From Candidatus Parcubacteria bacterium (GTDB taxonomy: Bacteria; Patescibacteriota; Minisyncoccia; Phycocordibacterales; Phycocordibacteraceae), in contig JAXDML010000010.1 in NCBI GenBank assembly GCA_034666125.1, positions 1-50,259 of the forward strand: a stretch of DNA of 50,259 nucleotides. Direction: 5' to 3'. Position 1 is the stretch's first letter. Each line of letters starts with the position of its first letter. The position numbers and the translations under genes are program-made. Below, piece after piece: positions 47,584-50,259 of this stretch. Below the pieces are notes generated by a model. The model had not been told where the DNA came from. It saw nothing but the letters and a program-made list of their open reading frames with translations, and ran no database searches.

Positions 47584-50115
47584 ATGGCCAGTCTATTGAG
47601 CCGTTTCTTCACCCAAAACCAGTCCGCAAGCTTCCTCAAGGGAGCGGCGGGCGTCGTCTCCCGTGCAGGTCAGATCGAGCCCGAGCTCACTGACGCGTCA
47701 CAGGAAGACCTGCGTGCGCGACTTATTGGGGTCCGGGAGCGCATGAACGTTGCGACTCCGTCCGAGGACGATATCGCCGAGGTGTTCGCGCTCGTGCGCG
47801 AAGCTGCACGGCGCACGCTTAACGAGCGGCATTACGACGTACAGCTTATGGGGGGTCTCGCGCTGGCACGCGGGAAGATCGCCGAGATGCGCACCGGGGA
47901 AGGAAAAACGCTCGTTGCGACCCTGCCCGCGACGCTGTGGGCGCTTGCCGGCAAGGGCATGCACATCGTGACCGTGAATGATTATCTCGCACGACGCGAC
48001 GCGGCATGGATGGGGCAGGTGTACGACTTCCTCGGCCTTACCATCGGGGTCGTGACGAGCGCGGGGAGCTACGTGTACGACGCGTCGCACGTGCCGAAGG
48101 ACGAGGATGAGGAGCGCGACGAGGAAGGTTCCTTCCGCATTTTCTACGATTACCTCCGTCCGGCACCGAAGCAGGAGGCGTACGCGGCCGATATCACGTT
48201 CGCGACCAACAACGAGCTCGGCTTCGACTACCTGCGCGACAATACGGCGTACGAGGCCGGACAGATCGTCCAGCGCGGCCACCATTACGCCATCGTGGAC
48301 GAGATCGACTCGATCCTTATCGACGAGGCGCGTACCCCGCTCATTATTTCCGGGCCGGTCCCGGAAAGCGAGCAGTTCTACGAGCGCTTCGCGATGATCG
48401 CGCGCACGATGGAGGAAGGAACCGACTATACGATCGACGAGAAGCAGCGCGCCATCCAGCTCACCGACGACGGCATCACCAAGGCTGAAAAGGCTCTGAA
48501 CATCGAGAACCTCTATACCGAAGGCGGGGTGAAGCTCGCGCATCATCTCGAGACGGCAGTGCGGGCGAAGGCGCTCTTCAATAAGGACAAGGAGTACGTG
48601 GTGCGCGACAACCAGATCGTCATCGTGGACGAGTTCACGGGGCGCCTGCAGCCCGGCCGTCGCTGGTCGGAAGGCCTCCACCAGGCCATCGAGGCGAAGG
48701 AAGGCGTCGATATCCAGAAGGAGACCCGCACGTACGCGTCGATCACGTTCCAGAACCTCTTCCGCATGTATGAAGGGCTCGCCGGCATGACGGGTACCGG
48801 TCTTTCCTCAGAGGAGGAATTCTATACGGTCTACAGGCTCGAGGTGATCGTGGTGCCGACGAATAAGCCGGTCGCGCGCATCGATCACGATGACCTTATC
48901 TTCCAGAACAACCACGGCAAGTATACGGCGCTTACGCGCGCGGTGAAGGAACTCCACGAGAAGGGGCAGCCGGTACTCGTGGGTACGGTATCCATCGAGG
49001 ACAACGAGATCGTGAGCACGTATTTCAGCGACGCAGGCGTCCCGCACGAGGTCCTGAACGCGAAGAACCACGAACGCGAGGGCGAACTCATCGCGCAGGC
49101 GGGAGAGAAGGGACGCGTCACGGTAGCGACGAACCTCGCAGGCCGCGGCGTGGACATCAAGCTCGGCGGCGCGACCGCCGAGCCCGCAGCGCGGGAAGAG
49201 GTCCGGCAGCTCGGCGGGCTCGCGGTCGTCGGTACCGAACGGCACGAGGCGCGGCGCATCGACAACCAGCTGCGCGGACGTTCCGGCCGCCAGGGCGACC
49301 CGGGCGCGACCCAGTTCTACGTATCTCTCGAGGACAAGCTCATGCGCGTCTTCGCGAGCGACATGCTGAAGAAGGTGATGGGCTCGTTCAAGATCCCGGA
49401 GGACGAGCCGATCGGGAGCCCGATGATCAGCCGGTCGCTTGAGACCGCGCAGAAGCGCATCGAGGGATTCAACTTCGACTCGCGCAAGCAGGTGCTCGCG
49501 TACGACGACGTCCTGAATACCCAACGGCTCGCCGTCTACGAACGCCGGAACCTCGCGCTTACGGGCTCCGACGAGGAACTCCGGACGGCGATAGAGGAGA
49601 TCATTCTGGGCGACGAGGCCGCGTCCGAGGCGCTTACGGCCCGGGGAGCGGAATTTGGAGAGGCCGTCTGGAACCGGCTCCTCCGGCGCCTTATCCTCCA
49701 GGTGACGGACGCTTTCTGGCTGGAGCATCTCGATACCATGGAATACCTCCGCCGCTCGGTGTCGCTGCGCGCATACGGGCAGCGCGATCCGCTCCAGGAA
49801 TACCGCAAGGAAGGCCTTCGCCGTTTCCAGGACATGCTCGATGGCATCGAGGAGCAGATACGCCAGGCGCTGCCGCACCTGCGGCCCGCCGACGACACGC
49901 GTACCCGCGCGGAGGAAGCGAAGACACGCGCACGGCTCGTCGCAGCAAGCGAAGAATCCGACGAGTCGACAACGCAAGGACCGATCGTGAAGACCGGTAC
50001 GACGCATGGTCGCAACGACCTCGTGACCATACGCAAGGGCGAGGAAACCCAGACGCTCAAGTATAAGAAAGCCGAACCGCTTCTTGCGGAAGGGTGGGTC
50101 GTCGAACGCACATAA
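47584..50115 (+). CDS. secA: Protein translocase ATPase SecA
   Basis: MRTGEGKT, VTVNDYLARRDA, DEIDSILIDEARTPLIISG, ATNLAGRGVDI, QLRGRSGRQGDPG. Confidence 0.98.
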   Translation: MASLLSRFFTQNQSASFLKGAAGVVSRAGQIEPELTDASQEDLRARLIGVRERMNVATPSEDDIAEVFALVREAARRTLNERHYDVQLMGGLALARGKIAEMRTGEGKTLVATLPATLWALAGKGMHIVTVNDYLARRDAAWMGQVYDFLGLTIGVVTSAGSYVYDASHVPKDEDEERDEEGSFRIFYDYLRPAPKQEAYAADITFATNNELGFDYLRDNTAYEAGQIVQRGHHYAIVDEIDSILIDEARTPLIISGPVPESEQFYERFAMIARTMEEGTDYTIDEKQRAIQLTDDGITKAEKALNIENLYTEGGVKLAHHLETAVRAKALFNKDKEYVVRDNQIVIVDEFTGRLQPGRRWSEGLHQAIEAKEGVDIQKETRTYASITFQNLFRMYEGLAGMTGTGLSSEEEFYTVYRLEVIVVPTNKPVARIDHDDLIFQNNHGKYTALTRAVKELHEKGQPVLVGTVSIEDNEIVSTYFSDAGVPHEVLNAKNHEREGELIAQAGEKGRVTVATNLAGRGVDIKLGGATAEPAAREEVRQLGGLAVVGTERHEARRIDNQLRGRSGRQGDPGATQFYVSLEDKLMRVFASDMLKKVMGSFKIPEDEPIGSPMISRSLETAQKRIEGFNFDSRKQVLAYDDVLNTQRLAVYERRNLALTGSDEELRTAIEEIILGDEAASEALTARGAEFGEAVWNRLLRRLILQVTDAFWLEHLDTMEYLRRSVSLRAYGQRDPLQEYRKEGLRRFQDMLDGIEEQIRQALPHLRPADDTRTRAEEAKTRARLVAASEESDESTTQGPIVKTGTTHGRNDLVTIRKGEETQTLKYKKAEPLLAEGWVVERT

Positions 50116-50118
50116 CGT

Positions 50119-50259
50119 ATGGCATTCGTTGACGAAGTCACCATACACGCGACCGCAGGAAGAGGCGGCGACGGCGTCGTGCGCTGGCTCCATATGAAAG
50201 GGAAGGAAAAGGGCGGACCGTCGGGCGGCGACGGGGGGCGCGGCGGAGATATCATCCTC
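50119..50259 (+). CDS. obgE: GTPase ObgE, partial (runs off the window)
   Basis: [19 protein letters not shown]...[15 protein letters not shown]. Confidence 0.92.
   Translation, partial: MAFVDEVTIHATAGRGGDGVVRWLHMKGKEKGGPSGGDGGRGGDIIL

Overview
High-GC bacterial chromosomal segment that looks like Patescibacteria (CPR, Parcubacteria-like). This is an inference from the rRNA signatures, rRNA introns, archaeal-type pyrH and typical CPR hypothetical proteins. It carries a split rRNA set: a 23S-5S unit (about 1189-4897) and, about 11 kb downstream, a separately promoted 16S gene (about 16153-17611), with tRNA-Ile(GAU) beyond it. Housekeeping genes are rodA, folD, secD, secF, pyrH, murD, murI, murC, rsmI, secA and a partial obgE. 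There is also a solitary VirD4/TraD-like ATPase, a roughly 16 kb surface-glycan locus (GT4s, GT2, GT-C, Wzx, methyltransferases, O-antigen-ligase-like/TPR protein) and a histone-H1-like K/A-rich protein. Four signals stand out. (1) Two ORF-less group I-type introns in 23S (L1931 and L2593) both bury the 5' splice site in a long exon-intron helix with a U-A pair instead of the canonical U.G; the L1931 intron also appears to lack the entire P4-P6 domain. (2) The 16S 3' end has no anti-Shine-Dalgarno, and -10 boxes sit 6-7 nt before many start codons, consistent with leaderless mRNAs. (3) A structured trailer of about 215 nt is enclosed in the 16S processing stem. (4) An unannotated 28-aa leader peptide with trp-style attenuator geometry precedes an unknown 321-aa gene. 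All RNA structures were folded by eye and need computational confirmation.
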